64,000 nt of DNA from contig NEEC01000018.1 of the NCBI GenBank assembly GCA_002189035.1, forward strand, positions 744,001-808,000. Reading direction: 5' to 3'. The translations under genes and the position numbers were made by a program. Origin of the DNA: Utricularia gibba (lineage: Eukaryota > Plantae > Magnoliophyta). The notes beneath the pieces are model-generated. The model was not told the origin of the DNA. It searched no databases and was given only the letters and a program-made list of their open reading frames with translations. The stretch's first letter is position 1; each line of letters opens with the position of its first letter. Below are positions 38,250-52,299 of this stretch, piece after piece.

Positions 38250-41200
38250 ATGTTAGAATCTATAGTAATGATTAGACACTTACTTGCACAAATGGGAAAC
38301 CTGTCTATACTATAAGTTGTATCAATATGATATCTGATATCGGTTCATGAATAATCAGAGATTTATCACAGACGTCTGTAAGTGTAGTATAACCTCTAAC
38401 GGGATCTTCATCAATGTCATGGTCAGGTTCATTACACAGAAAGTGAGGGACTTAGAGTTCCCCATTTGTATCATTGGCTTCATCAATAACAGTTTCCTGC
38501 ATGTCAGATGAGACTGAAATATCTAGATTAGACCTCATATTGTTTTCTTCATTGTTCTATGGAGCATCAGACATATTTTTCTGAAAAGGCTGTGGTTCAG
38601 TTTGTGGTAACATCTCATTTTCCCCCTATTGTGACGATTCTGTAATTTTATATCTGGGTCTCAAGGAGGAGTCATTAGAGTTCGGTGCTGCTTCTTCAGT
38701 AGGAGGGTTAATTTCATTTTGGGTACCTTCAGAATTTAGTATAGAGGGAGATTCTGGTGCATGGTAATCTGCTGAATTTCGTGGGGAATTTTTAGCATTA
38801 TTTCTGGTAGATATATCATTGATTTGCACTTCATTGATGTAGTCATCATGTGAATTATTTGATAGTGCTGCACGTTGAGATGTTTTTGAATCAGGTTCAT
38901 ATAATCCTTCGGTTGTAATATGATTGCCTAATATAGTCTGATTTTCTTGAGCATCAGCAGGGAATAAAAAACTGAGAGTATGAGTATATGGAGCCTCGGT
39001 AGATGAAATGTTGGGTGTGCCATCCCACTTAACAGTATGTCCTTCATCCACAACCACATCAGTGCATCTTTGAGTTGTAATCTTGTTATCTTGAGAGATA
39101 AATACCCTGTAGATTTTTTAAGTTTTTGAGTATCTCATAAATGCACCAATCTGACAATGATTTTTATGTTTGCTACGTTTTTCTTTAGGAACAAACACAT
39201 AACACAAGGATCCGAAGACCTTCAAGTTTTGGAGCTCTGGAGCCTTTCCGTGCCATAATTCAAAGGGAGTTTTTCCTTCTGGTGCTCCTTTGGTGGGAAG
39301 GTGGTTCAATAGAAATACAGTCGTGTTGACTTCCTCCCCCCAAAAAACGTAGAGGTACGTTGTGTTCCAATAGAAGACACCTTCCCATATTCATGAGTGT
39401 TTAGTTCTTCCTTTCACAAACTCCATTTTGTTGGGGCGTATAGGGTACCGCAAATTGATGTGTGATACCATTCTCATTGCAGATATTTCGAAGATCAGTG
39501 GATTTATATTCTCCCCCATTATCGGAATGAAGAGTGAGTATCCTTGAGTTGCTTTGAGTTTCTACAATTGCCTTAAATATTTTGAAATATTTTGAGGCTT
39601 CTGACTTTTGTTTAAGAAAGTACACCCACATGTATTTTGAATAATCATCAATAAAGATGATGTAATATTTGTTGCCACCGAGTGTTGTTTCCTTCATAGG
39701 TTCACAAATATCAATAGAAACAAGTTTGAGTTTGGCATTTGAGATTATTGTTCTTCGTTGAAATGAGCTTCTACTCATTTTTCCTAGAAGGCATATGCTG
39801 TAGGGGAGATCATACTCATGTAATTCAAGTACGCCTAGAATAGTTCCCTTTGCTTGAGTGTTTTTTAGAAGAGAGTGGTGTGGTGTCCGAGTCTTCTGTG
39901 CCATAGGTGAGAGGAATCCATAGCTGCAAGATTGATATTATTGTTAGTTGAATCAAAGTGTATAGGGAATAGACAGTTTACCATTGATACTTTTAATAAA
40001 GTATTGCAATCTTGACAGTGCAGGTGTAGTCTTTCAGACATAGGTTGTATCCATTTTCAATGAGCTGACCATCACTCAACAGATTGTGGGAAGCTTGGAG
40101 GATGTGTTATACATATGCAATTTTAATGAGTTTTTGGTCTGTCTCCAAGCAGATAGACCCAATACCTTTGATAGAGATAGGTTTCCCATCAGCAAGAGTA
40201 AGTGTTTTTCATGATATGATTGCATATGTAGTAAACATGGATTTATCGTAGGTTAGATGGTTAATGCAGGCGCTATCAATAAACCATGTAGTCTTGTGTC
40301 GGTGATTAGTAAAAGATGTGAGTATGCTCTTGTTACACCGTGAGTAGATAGAAATCCTAGAAAGTTTATTTAGATCATCAAGTACATCGTTTGTTTTTCT
40401 TTGAGTGTTTTCAGTTCTTGCTAATACAGGAAGACTGTTGTGAGCCATCGAGACCCTTTTGGAAGGGCACACCCTTTCGATGTGTCCTTTACTAGAGTAG
40501 AGTGTGCAATTTGCGTCCGGATGCTAGAAAAAACTCATTGGCAGGTGATTCTTTTGAACGCAGTAAGGACGGGGACGATAAGGTCCCTTCTTCTCCCTTT
40601 TTTCTGTGCGAAAAATAGGTGCAACATAAGGTTGATGATTTTCGCCTTTGGTATTGGTTGCTGAGAATGAGGCTTTGAGGACTGCATCTTGTAAGTTTTC
40701 TTCATTACGAGCTTTCCTCCTGCTATCAACATTCTTGAAGTGATTCAATAATTGTTGTAGATTATGAGTTTCCAAAAATCCGATGGCTTCAAGTGATTCA
40801 ATGACCGCATCAAATTCTGAGGGGGCGCCATGAATGACACGAGCCTTGAGTTTGCTTTCCTCGTGCTCATCCACCTCCTCTCTTAGGCATTTCAGTTTCT
40901 CCGAGTTTTTGAGCAATTGTTTTGCACTTGTTGCCACTTTGCCGTCTTTTATTTTGAAATTATAGACTTGGTTCCATAACATTTGAATTTCCCTTCGTTT
41001 GTATTCCTCGGTCTCTTCATAGTTGGCTTGCAAGGTAAGCTAGGCTTCTCTTAGAGGTTTCCTTGTGATGCAACGGTATGCATCTCCAACCATTGCAGAA
41101 GCAATAATAGCAGTTGCTTGGATTTCTTTTTCACAGTAAGCCTTTTTTGCTATCAAATTTTCATTTGGAATGCCTTCAAATATGGGATCTGTGGCAATAA

Positions 41201-41807
41201 TCTTCCATAGTCCATGGAGGCGTAAGTATATCTCCATTTTTTATGCCCATATATCATACTCTTTTCCGTCGAATAGTGGTGGAGCTATGTTTGTGACTTA
41301 CATATTCGTGGCTTGTGCTGCAAATGAAGAAAACAACATAGAGAATAATTTGTTGAAATAACAGATACTTGAAAGCAAACCAGGGTGTAGAAGGTTGATC
41401 AGTGTTGATTGCCGTTCACATCGGGTTAACCATGAAAGTTGTATCAATATGATATATGATGTAGGATATGTATATAGTATGAAGACTTTTGTGTTTCTTA
41501 GCAGGAAGATTTCCTTACGGAAGGTTCACACTTAACAAAAGTGATCAATACAAGGGAGAACATTACAGGTATTTATAAGAGATAATCAAATGGCCTTTGC
41601 CTACGAAATATGGAATTAGCCGTTAGTGAGTGATGTTCGTTGAGCCGTGACTCATGTGTTTGGCTTCTTGTAAGGCTTCACGTATTGACCCATTTTGGTG
41701 AAGATGGGTCCTGAATAATCAATCCCAATTCTTCAATAGCTTTCCTTCTGTCGCGATGATCTGCACCAAATTGCTTGTCGATCTCTGTCACCTTCTAATT
41801 TCTATCA
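38250..41807 (-). mobile_element. Truncated Ty1/Copia (LTR-like 5' end, gag, protease, integrase; RT and RNase H absent)
   Basis: APPLFDGKEY...MEIYLRLHGLW (gag), WFIDSACINHLT (protease), IFIDDYSKYMWVYFLKQKSE and YTPQQNGVCERKN (integrase), LKVFGSLCYVFVP. Coding ends at DPVRGYTTLTD...HEP, just before RT. LTR-like sequence at about 41450-41807. Confidence 0.85.
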
Positions 41808-41899
41808 GATTGTTGCGTTTAAATCTTAGCTCCATCATCACCAACCTTCATATACAAGCAAGACAAAAGTAATGACAGAAAGAGAACAAAGGAAATTAA

Positions 41900-43600
41900 T
41901 GCACATAGGAGTGAATTAAAGCAAAACTTAAAACATTTTGGAATGGACTTTTTTCTCACTTTACTTTTCATATTTGAACTTGTTCTTTCTCTCCACCATA
42001 GAGAGGAAGAAAACTTTTAGTTTTATGTTTTCTTTTTCTATTTTCATGATCATTCATGGTTGAACTTTCTTAGTTTTTAGAAATAGCTAAAGTTTACTTC
42101 AATGTCTTGAGCACCAATCTAGATTTTTTTCGGAATTTCTTCCAAATTTCGCATATTTTTATGCATCATGTTGCAATCTTTCTATAAAGTCTCTTGATCA
42201 TGGTCCATGAGTAGTCGATCACTCCTCGTAGATTTTGATAAAAAGTAAAATGAAAAGCACCATCTTCAATCATATTGGTTCAAGGGAGATAGCGAATTTT
42301 TCGTAGTCAAGATACTTCGATAATGGATGAGTAATGACCTCGTAACCACCATTAATCATTGGCAATAGCTAGGTACTGTGCAGAATTTACTTTTGAGGTA
42401 AATCGACGACAATCTACTTGTCTTCTAAATCGTACATGAGGGAATCATATGAAGCTATTCTCATGCCTCCTTTTCAATCAATGTATAAGGAAAAGTAAGT
42501 TATTCCTTCCTCCTATAATTAGTTATTTGGAAGAAATCAATGAAGGCCGTGGCAAGGACAGATGAAGGAGGAAATGAAATCTCTTTTCCAGGAATTGCTT
42601 TTCTTACTCAAAATCCATTATTTATGTTGTACTCTGTATTTTAGTGTTTTAAAATCCCTTTTACAAACTTATGATAATTTGTAAAAGTTTAGCACAAAAC
42701 ATTTTTTGCAAATTTCAACTCCCTAAGATCAACACTCATACTATGCTTATTTGTGTTTCATGTTTTTTTAATTAAAATTTGTTGAGAAAACGATATGCCA
42801 CAAATATTTGACACCATTGCCAAGGAGATGTGTATTTTTGTATTTAGTATTGTGTTTAGTTTTTCTTTTTTTTTTCTTTTTCTTTCTGTCTTCTTCTTTA
42901 TATTTTCTTTATGTTGTGGTATTGTGTTTTTCTCTTTTTATACATTTAGTTCCAATGAAGCTTGAGATCATACTGAGAAGCCTTGTGTTCATTAGATATT
43001 GAGATTGAACGCACATTTCTGGTGAAAAAGAGAGAACAAATTCTGATAGTATTTAAATAATTTGAGTTGTACTTTGTTTTGTGTGGATGCACCACTACAT
43101 TCATCATCTGTAGGATCTTCCACACCTACTACATGAAAAATGGAGATGGAAGCTTATCACAATAAACCTTGCTAGGTGAACTCATACATCCTTCATAGAG
43201 GATGCCAAGTGTGATGCCTTAATAAACAGTATTTTAGAATCCTGAAATGCACTGTTTTTAGCTGCAAGTTGTTTGCCAATCTTAAGGATGTTAGAAGAGG
43301 CTAGACGGACAATGGCAGATCAATTCAATAAGCGACATGATGAGGTTACTAAGGGGAAGGCACGGTACTCACCAGTAGCAATGGAAACAATTGAGAGCAA
43401 CTCTATTTCAGAGTCTGGTGTGGAGATGTGCTCAACGGATCCCATGCATTAGAAACGGGTTAAAGGGTTGCATTAGTATTGTATTCACCTAAGAGATTGG
43501 ACCTCTTCATGTTGGATGTGGCAAATCACATGTATAGTTTTATTTCCTTCTAGTCTATCCTAGCATTAAATTATCACTTTTACATCCCAAATCTTACAAT
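41900..43600 (-). mobile_element. Highly degenerate retroelement-like remnant
   Basis: Only weak integrase-like peptide traces (e.g. SRDFIERL) among many stops. Assignment tentative. Confidence 0.3.
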
Positions 43601-44037
43601 GTAAACATGTCATGCTAGCAATATGCACTTAGCGTGACAACCCAAGAAACTACATATATGAGTGGTATGATGACACCCATTTTAGAGAGACATACACATT
43701 GTAGATACATGGTAAGTGAACTACATGATTATCTATGCGAAAGTGTTTGTAGATAAATGTTTGTTTGGCACAGGAATGTCAAATAATAGAGAATGGCTTA
43801 TATTAAATGATAAGATCATATTACCACCATAGTTCCACAACACACCTCATGGTAGGCCATGAAAGCATAGAAAACGGGCACTGTATGAGAAGCAATCACC
43901 AGAGAAAAAACACAAAAAAGTTAGCACAAGACAACTACAGTTTTGGCATACATGTGGGTTCATGGGGCACAATGCGTGAACATGTGAAAAAGAGAAAAAT
44001 AAAGGTAAACTTGGTAGTTTGTTTTCAGTTAAATATC

Positions 44038-47000
44038 TCATATGATTATGACCACAACGTTTGTTTGTCCCTTTTTACCACAGTGGAAACACTTTCCCTT
44101 ACAGCTAGACTCGCCCTTCTCAAGGACGGTCTGTTTCCTCTTCATGGGACTACTCTTAACCTTTAAGTCCTCATCGACCTTCTCTTTTCCCTTCTTCGTG
44201 GATTTCTTCTTCTTTCTTGCAATGACAAGAGCAGCTTCTCTTGTCTTGCTAGAGGAAGAAGCATTTCGCTGGGCAACCGTTAACTTATTGTTGAGTTCTG
44301 CTAGCGAGCAACTGATTTGATTCATGTGAAAATTCGTAATAAAGCTTCCAAACGACTTTCGAAGTGACTGCAGAACCAGATCAGTTTTCAGATCAGCGTC
44401 CATTTTGAAATCAAGATTTTCTAGCCCTTCTATGAGCATAATCATAGAATTCACATGGGCGCTGACATCTGAACCTTCCTCCATACGTGCACCAAACAGC
44501 CTACTCGACATCTCATATCGAGAAGATCTGCTCGACGCACCGTACAGTTCTCGTAGATGTTCCAAGATGGAAGCTGCTGTGGTGTAATTCTCATGTTGCC
44601 TCTGCAAATCAGAATTCATAGAGGCCAACATGTAACACCTTGCCGTGTTGTCATCTATCTCCCACTGAACTAGCAACTGGTGCTCAACATCTGTGGGATT
44701 AGATGGGTCAACTGGCACAGGAGGCTTTCCATCCAATACACTAGCGACTCGATCATACTGCAGAACAAGTTTTAGGTTTCTCAGCCAATCCACAAAGTTG
44801 GGGCCAACCAACTTGTTGTCATCGAGAATACTGGCGATTGGATTGTTTGATTTCAACTTCATTTTTCCTGTAAATGGAGAACTAGCAAGATCTGCATATA
44901 TTCAAGCATCAACATCAATCAAGAAGTCACGGACTTCAACTAATTGATTACTACATTCATGTTTATCACATAAACAAGGTATGCATAATGTAACAGATAG
45001 AATTATCCTTGCCCTACATCTCCTCAAGTACATATGCTATTCTTGGAGCATGTAAAACAACAATCAACAACTTGATTCACATATCTCATATGCAATTCTA
45101 TCTCTGCTCCTAACATTTCTATTCTCAGGTACCCATGCCATTCTTGAATAAAATGCTAGTCAAGTAAACCCATTCACCCAGCAACCATATAAGTAATTTA
45201 ATATCTCAGGTACACATGTCATTCTTGATATAAACACTCACATAGTCACAACATCGCATGCTTTAACAATAATTGAACAATATCACATATCATTTCATAA
45301 TATTGCCTGAATGGAGGGCCAAGAAACATTAACATAAATGTTTCAAAACTTGATATTTAAGTTGAAAAATAAATTCTGAAAAACTATAAGCAAACAAATT
45401 TTCAGAAAACCATTTTTCCCTTGTTTAAACCAAGTCGTGTATCGAGCTAGCCAATACAGAATTCCAAACTCCCACTCAAACCAGAGATGGTAGTTCTGAA
45501 AGTCAAATGGCTTTAACAACCAAGAATCGACGATAAAAAATAAACCAAAATGTGCAAAATATTGCACAACCCATGATTTAAATCTAACGCCATTCAGATA
45601 GTTGCTAAACCTAGCTCTGATACCACTGTCGGGTTACGCGCAGCGGAAGGTGGGAAAAACAAAAATTTTTCCCTTTTCGTAACCAGCGATATCTCATATC
45701 GCTTGTAGCACCGAAACAATGATACCTCTAGCTCGTCCACACAAACTAGAAATAAATCCGACTAGGTTAAACCAACAAATGTATCACATACATTTTGCCC
45801 AAAATATGTTTAAACCATCTCATGGAATAAACATACATCTGATGCCAATATCTCATATTTGCACCAAGATTTGATTCAACTCTTGAATCGGCATATTGGG
45901 AAAACACAGTAAAGTCAATGCTAATATCTCATATTTGCACTGACTATCAATACAGAAGAAACACGTGGAATAAGCAGAGAAAAATTACCAAACTCAAAAC
46001 CAGAGTCGAGTTTTCTTCGTATCGCTATTCACCGGTCTCGTTTCTTCCTAAAGTGCTTTACCTCTTTCGGAGCTTGAACACGTCTTCCCAGAAGAAGAAC
46101 TCCAAAACCTTTTAGAAATGAGCCAACTGCCTCCTATTTATAGCCAAGCATTGGCACGCATTTTAATGCGGCACACATTTCAATGTGGGCTAATAAATAT
46201 GGGTTTGGGCTTTAAGAATATGGGCTTAGGCCTAGCGGCCCCAAATTGTCAACCCATATTATTTGGGCCTTGGTTACCTATATGGGCCTGAGCCCATATA
46301 ACCAATGTTTAACCAACATGTGATCCAAATTTAAAGACATGCTACCAAAACCCGAATCACAAGCGTCTCGGACAACTTCTAATTCTTTGTGTGTGTGACT
46401 TACTAGGTTCATTCTTAATCAGCAATGAGAGGCGAGAAATCTCATTTATCTAACAACGATATTATCCCAAGATATCGTGTCTCTCATATAATACAAGGGA
46501 TGCCTAGCATAGCATATTGTATTTACCCGATTAAAACTGAATATGATATTCAATGAAGAATCTCGATTGCTATCCTTATGAATATCCCTTCATTGGAGAC
46601 TTCGATCTAGAATGGAATCATGGATAGTCAAATTCCATTTAATCTAGATCATCAATATTATCCTGAACACATGTTTCGAAGGCAAAACGAGAACTTGGAA
46701 TCTCATTCCAACATCTCGACAACCTGGCCAGGAATTTACCCGACGAAACAATCAGGAAATCTGAAGTCTCATCTCCGTTTACCCGAAGTAATGAATCTCA
46801 TCTTGGTTATTCAAAGATCTTCATATACTATCAACTTAGACCATCACTATCGCTGACTTGTATATTTCAACAAGCCTAAATAGTAATAAATCTAAGGCAA
46901 TAATATATAAGACACAATGAAACCTCAAGTCGAAGGATTTCCATAAAGCAATCTAAATAACATTGTGTTGACATATGTAAAATACCATGCATATGTTATT

Positions 47001-47056
47001 AAGCGTCACATGTTCGGTCAGCTCATCTCATGAGCCCCCACATGTTTATTCTGACA
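44038..47056 (-). mobile_element. 5' half of an Angela-type Ty1/Copia: 5' LTR (47056-45627), PBS, long leader, gag
   Basis: LTR termini TGTC...GACA. PBS TGGTATCAGAGC (plus strand GCTCTGATACCA, 45614-45625). Open 274-codon gag ORF with NKLVGPNFVDWLRNLKLVL, ARCYMLASM and a zinc knuckle CFHCGKKG truncated before completion. CTTCCGCTGCG motif near the LTR end. Lineage is inferred. Confidence 0.88.
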
Positions 47057-47059
47057 TCT

Positions 47060-48700
47060 CATGTCAAGCAGCATTCGACCCACTGCCTACTATATTTTGA
47101 TAAATACTTTATCAACACAGTAAATAAACTGAGGTGACAGTTAAGCCAACTATGATGCCCAATCAAAGTATTCAAACTGTGAATCTTTCGAATATACATG
47201 TTACAGGAGAATCTGTCGAATATTTTTAACAACTTAAAAATACATTCTCCAAAAACACAATTCTGGACATTGCCATAAAAGAGAGAACAACAATTATGGG
47301 ATGCTAGATTACATGGCTTTTGAGCATACTTCCAACAATCTTTAGGAGGATGAACAAAATGCTTCCAGTAAGAGAAGCCAAGAAGGAAATTTTGAGATAT
47401 ATCCATCTTCTCGGATGGCACTACTTGCAGGGGTACCTTAAAATAGAATTTTTAAAAAAATGTTTTAATATTTAGCACATTTGTATACATTGGAGACACA
47501 TGAACCTTCCAAAGGAACCGCTTCTAAGAGGATGACAGATCAAGAGAAAAAAGATAATAGGTGTGATGATGAAAATGATGCACTCCTTAAAGATAGGAAA
47601 ATCTTCATTTTTTTTAGTGTGCTTGCTTTTTGATTTACATTGTTGTGTAGCTCATTCATAGGCCTCACCAATGAAGCAAGAAAAAGCATCCAACAGCAAG
47701 AGCTTTAACCTGACTGCAAAAGAAGGTCAATGGTTTGTCAATTGTCAAAACATCATACTATCATCCTATAACTCGACAATTATGAATGATGCCCAAGGAA
47801 AAAACCAAAGACAGAATGCCAACTAGAAATGAGTTTCTAGTTTTTGTAAGTATGATATGCTAAGTGATTTTGATTTTACTGAGGTATTACGACAAGTGAG
47901 ATCTGAGATCCCAAATGAGCATCTCAACATGTGTGATTTTATTGACCTATTGTATTTCAACAAATTGGTTGGTAATGTGGAGAGAGTTTGTCAGATTTTC
48001 AGCAATAGGCCAACCTTCTTAACTTGTTCATATGTTGTATCACCAATTGTGTACTAGTAAGGATTAACTTTTACTATTGAATAGCTAGTAGGAATTGTAA
48101 CTTACATATACAATCTATTCTATAATCAGGATGCAGTGGGTGGTCATGGTCTGTTGCAATTTCGGAGATGCATATAGTAGGATGATTATCCTACTAGATT
48201 CATTAGGTACTCTTAGTGTTTTTTGTCCATCAAAAGATGAGTTATATAAGTACTTGTGTTTTCTTATAGATTACAATCTTTAATTATCTGAGAATGCTTT
48301 ATTATTATTTGTATATAGGTGTCTAAAATACATACTAGACTACGCAGCACCTACTTTCCCTGTTCATGAGTTGGATGCAGTCTCTATTCACTATCAGGAG
48401 GCATATACAATTCTCTCTAATAACACCTTATAACACTAACAAATAGGGTAACTCCATGTTTCTATAGACTCCATTATAGAGTGGGACAACAGAATGTGGA
48501 TTATTTGCTTTGTATTCTTTGGCGCATATGATGCGTAATGCACCTATTTTTCAGCCTTCCGAGTATCCATCTTTTGTAAGATAAAAATATTTTATACTTG
48601 TGGGATAACATAGTTGGAAAAACAATAATTTTCATCATTTTGTAGCTTACACGGAGCTGGTAAACAAGTTACAATGTCTTGCAATTTGCACCAACATGAG
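47060..48700 (+). mobile_element. Mutator C-terminal remnant with Ulp1/C48-like protease fragments (probably continues 36860-38000)
   Basis: GGHGLL and IILLDSL near 48135-48205; TPL*SGTTECGLFALYSL at 48465-48525 (H...D...Q/ECG layout of C48 proteases); degenerate zinc-knuckle trace SGHCHKR near 47260. Confidence 0.6.
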
Positions 48701-49333
48701 GATTGCCCAATATTACAATGGGTGGATGTAGACGATTTTCATGAAAAGGATGGAAAGATGAGTGGTCATATAATTGATGGTGTATCCCTAAGAGATCACT
48801 TTTTTCCATCTTATTTCACTCCATGTGCTTCTTTACTTTTAAAAAAAAAAATAACAAGTAATTTTTGTTTCCGCTTTACACAACCCATTTTATTGTGCTA
48901 TTCCTTATTTGTGGTAATCATTCAGATGGGAACTCCAACCCCTAATATTCAGTTTTCAATGAAATGGCGTGTAAAGCTATTAACAAATGTATTACACATT
49001 AAAAAAAAAAATCTTTATAGTTAGGTTTGTTTTCATTATATTTGAATCACCTCATACTTTATTTTTTTAAAAAAAGAAAAGATGAAGAAAGTTTTACATC
49101 CTAATCTCTTTTGATAGGGGGAGCAAGAGGTAGATGGTCACACGTTACACTCTTCCTTTTCATGTGAGTTTGAATTGTTGGTTAGATTAAAACAACTTTT
49201 TGATAAGATTTTAGGAGGCACTAGTTTAATAGTTTAAAAAATTATAAATGAAAATTATTTTATTAGATATACATAACATAAAATTAATGATAAAAAACAA
49301 AAAAACTATTAAAAATGTCAACCAATATTTTTT

Positions 49334-49340
<7 letters not shown>

Positions 49341-49370
<30 letters not shown>
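49341..49370. repeat. (TA)15 microsatellite
   Basis: Direct reading. Confidence 0.95.
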
Positions 49371-49375
<5 letters not shown>

Positions 49376-49950
49376 AATTTAAAAAAATTAATGTATTTTG
49401 TCAATACATTAAAAATAGTGTGTGATAAAACGTTTGTATTTTATCCCATGTGGGTGTTGATCTACTAGATGTGTTAATAGAGTATTATTGTTGTGTTTGA
49501 ACTATTAAAACATGGTGAATTCTTCTTTTGTGTAGGTGAGTCCTAGGTTCAGTAGGTACCGAGCTCCAATGGAAGAACACAAGCAGGGAAGGTCACAGGA
49601 TCATGAATCCAGACGATGGGAATGGAGTTTGAAGACTGACAGTTTTCGACACCGAAACCGCACCGACTTTGTGCACTGGCGGGGGATCAAAAGTCAAGCC
49701 ACGAGTGGAGTGATGCGTGATGGTTCATTGTTTCAGCAAACTCGCACATGCCATGCTTTCTAGATGATTTAATCCACCGCCACACACACCAAAGCTCAAC
49801 AACACATGAGCTTTAAGCCCATGGCAAACAGCGGAAACACGGACACAACTGTTGGTGGAGGAATAAGAACACCAAAGCCACCATAGAATTGACACAAAAA
49901 GACCATCATACCTATCACCCGCATAAGATTTTCAAGACTTGATTTACATC

Positions 49951-50432
49951 TAGGGATATTCATGGATCAGATACTTTCAGAAATTGATTAAACTCGAATC
50001 TGTTTAAGAATCGATAATAAATTGTACAAGTATGAATAAAAATGCATAAGAATCGATTATAAATGATCTAAAATTGAATTTGAATTATTATGAACCGTTT
50101 ATTTGAAATTGATTCAATTACTTTTTTATAATACTAAATATATAATATATTACAGTTTTGTGAAAAAAAAATATACATTATTTAAAATTAACAATATAAA
50201 TTTATTATTTATATACCAATATAATAAAATACAATTGATATTTGAGATGATTAATATTTAAACTTTAAAAATTAAATAAAAAAATTTATAATCGATTTTT
50301 ATTTGAAGTCGGACCAAAATCGATTAAGAACTAAAATTGACAGTCCGGATGAACTGATTAATCAAATATATAATTGAGTTTGGTTCCAGTTCTTGTTGGT
50401 ATTGGACCGAACCTAATCCATGAATGTCTCTA
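49951..50432. mobile_element. hAT-family MITE
   Basis: 17-bp TIR TAGGGATATTCATGGAT / ATCCATGAATGTCTCTA (2 mismatches). Perfect 8-bp TSD TTTACATC at 49943-49950 and 50433-50440. Confidence 0.92.
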
Positions 50433-51152
50433 TTTACATCATAACTAAGTATTGATAACCCATTTATATATAAAATATATAATTTCCATTTGCAAACCTA
50501 ATGTGGAATAACTTCATCCCCAATAATAAATACTTTAATAATTTCTTATATATTGAAGAATAAATTCACAAGATTACATCTAATATAGATTTAATGCTTA
50601 TATACAAATATTTTTCCATTATGATTCAACTTCCTAATATAATAATTCATGTAAAACTAAATTATAATGAAATACATGATTTGCAGACATAGATTTTATA
50701 CACCCAAGTGCACCCATATGACCATATGCATCCTATGTACTTTAATATGTGCCTTAAAAACTAATTTAGTTCATAGTAACAGCTTCACTCTACTATATAT
50801 TGGTGATCTTGTTTGATATATGGTGTTTAGTAATCCAATGTATTAAAAGTATTTTTCACCACACAGTTGATAAGTTATCTTCAGGATTCAAATTGTTCAT
50901 CATCAAATGAGAGATCTATTTTTTATAAAGGAGGAATAACTGGATAAGATATAATTGATTTTATAATTTTAAGAAACTTGGTCAATTCCATTATTACCTA
51001 GTCTTACGCAAGACTAAGAATTAGATTACAATCATCAAAGATTAAGCCAAGTCTTTGATTTAATTAATGATAAAATCACTATTTGGATACATCACATTCA
51101 TACAAAATTGCACGTAGTTGATACATTGCGTTTGAAAAATATACAAAAAAGA

Positions 51153-51255
51153 ATCACGTTTCAAAAATAAAAAATATAAAACATCACGTTTCAAATATAT
51201 GCAAGGCAATGCATCACGTTTCAAAAGTGGCGCTGAAGATATATCACGTTTAAAA
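51153..51255. repeat. Four ATCACGTTT(C/A)AAA motifs at exact 30-bp spacing (probable Mutator TIR/subterminal array)
   Basis: Motif starts at 51153, 51183, 51213 and 51243; spacers are dissimilar. Confidence 0.85.
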
Positions 51256-52299
51256 AATTTCAGTTTTGGTCTAAAAATTATAAAAAATTCATACGATGTC
51301 CAAAAAATATCAAACTAGTTTCTTTTGAAAATTATTTAATAGAAACACACAAAAGAAAAAATATACATTAACTTAATGAGCGTATATATTTTCTATTGAT
51401 TTTCAATTGATAGACACCTAATAATTTACTAAAAATTAAATCTTTTGAGTAAAAAATAGAAAATCCTTTGTGTTTGATAATTAAATTCTATAATACAAAA
51501 TTATAAAATAAATTTCTTATTTATTTAATTAAAAAATCTTTAGAGAATTTCATTGGATGTTCATTAAAAATTTATATAAAATATATAAATTTGTTGAAAT
51601 AACGTATGATAATCATTTGTGTTTGAAATGTATTGAGTTTGTTCAATCAAATAAACTCTTTTATAATGAAAATTCATATTGAATATATATTAAAAATTGT
51701 AGTTTTCATAAAATATTCTTTATAATTCATTAGATATAACAAAATTGAAAAATAATTATTATTTATACATATTCATTTCTATTATTAAATAATTCGAATT
51801 TTATAAAAATATTCTTTAGAATTTATTTATTGTAACGAAAAATGTAAAGTAAGCATCCTTTCATAGTGTTTTTCATACATGTTTTCATTGTTACACTGGA
51901 ATAGAATAGGGAAGTATGATTAACATGATCAAGTTGATTACACATAATCATCATGGATCAAATCTGGAGTCTTTCTTTAAAAAAATCAAGATTAATCAAT
52001 ACACTCAACCTTTTAATTAGTACATGAATGCTTAATGAGATCATGTTTAGTGTATAATAGTTGTTGTACACTTGCCAAATAATATTTTAGGTTACACATT
52101 TCGGATTTTGAGTATATTATTTTTGGGTTTTAATTTCATATTAGTTTTATGAAAAAACCATAATATTATTTTTGCCAAAGGGATAGAAAAAAAAAACAAT
52201 GATATGAGGCATAAATTCAACATATGAAAAACAGGAAATTCAACATATGAGACAAACAAGGATTCATGTCATTTATTGAGCAAACAATGAATAACAAGA

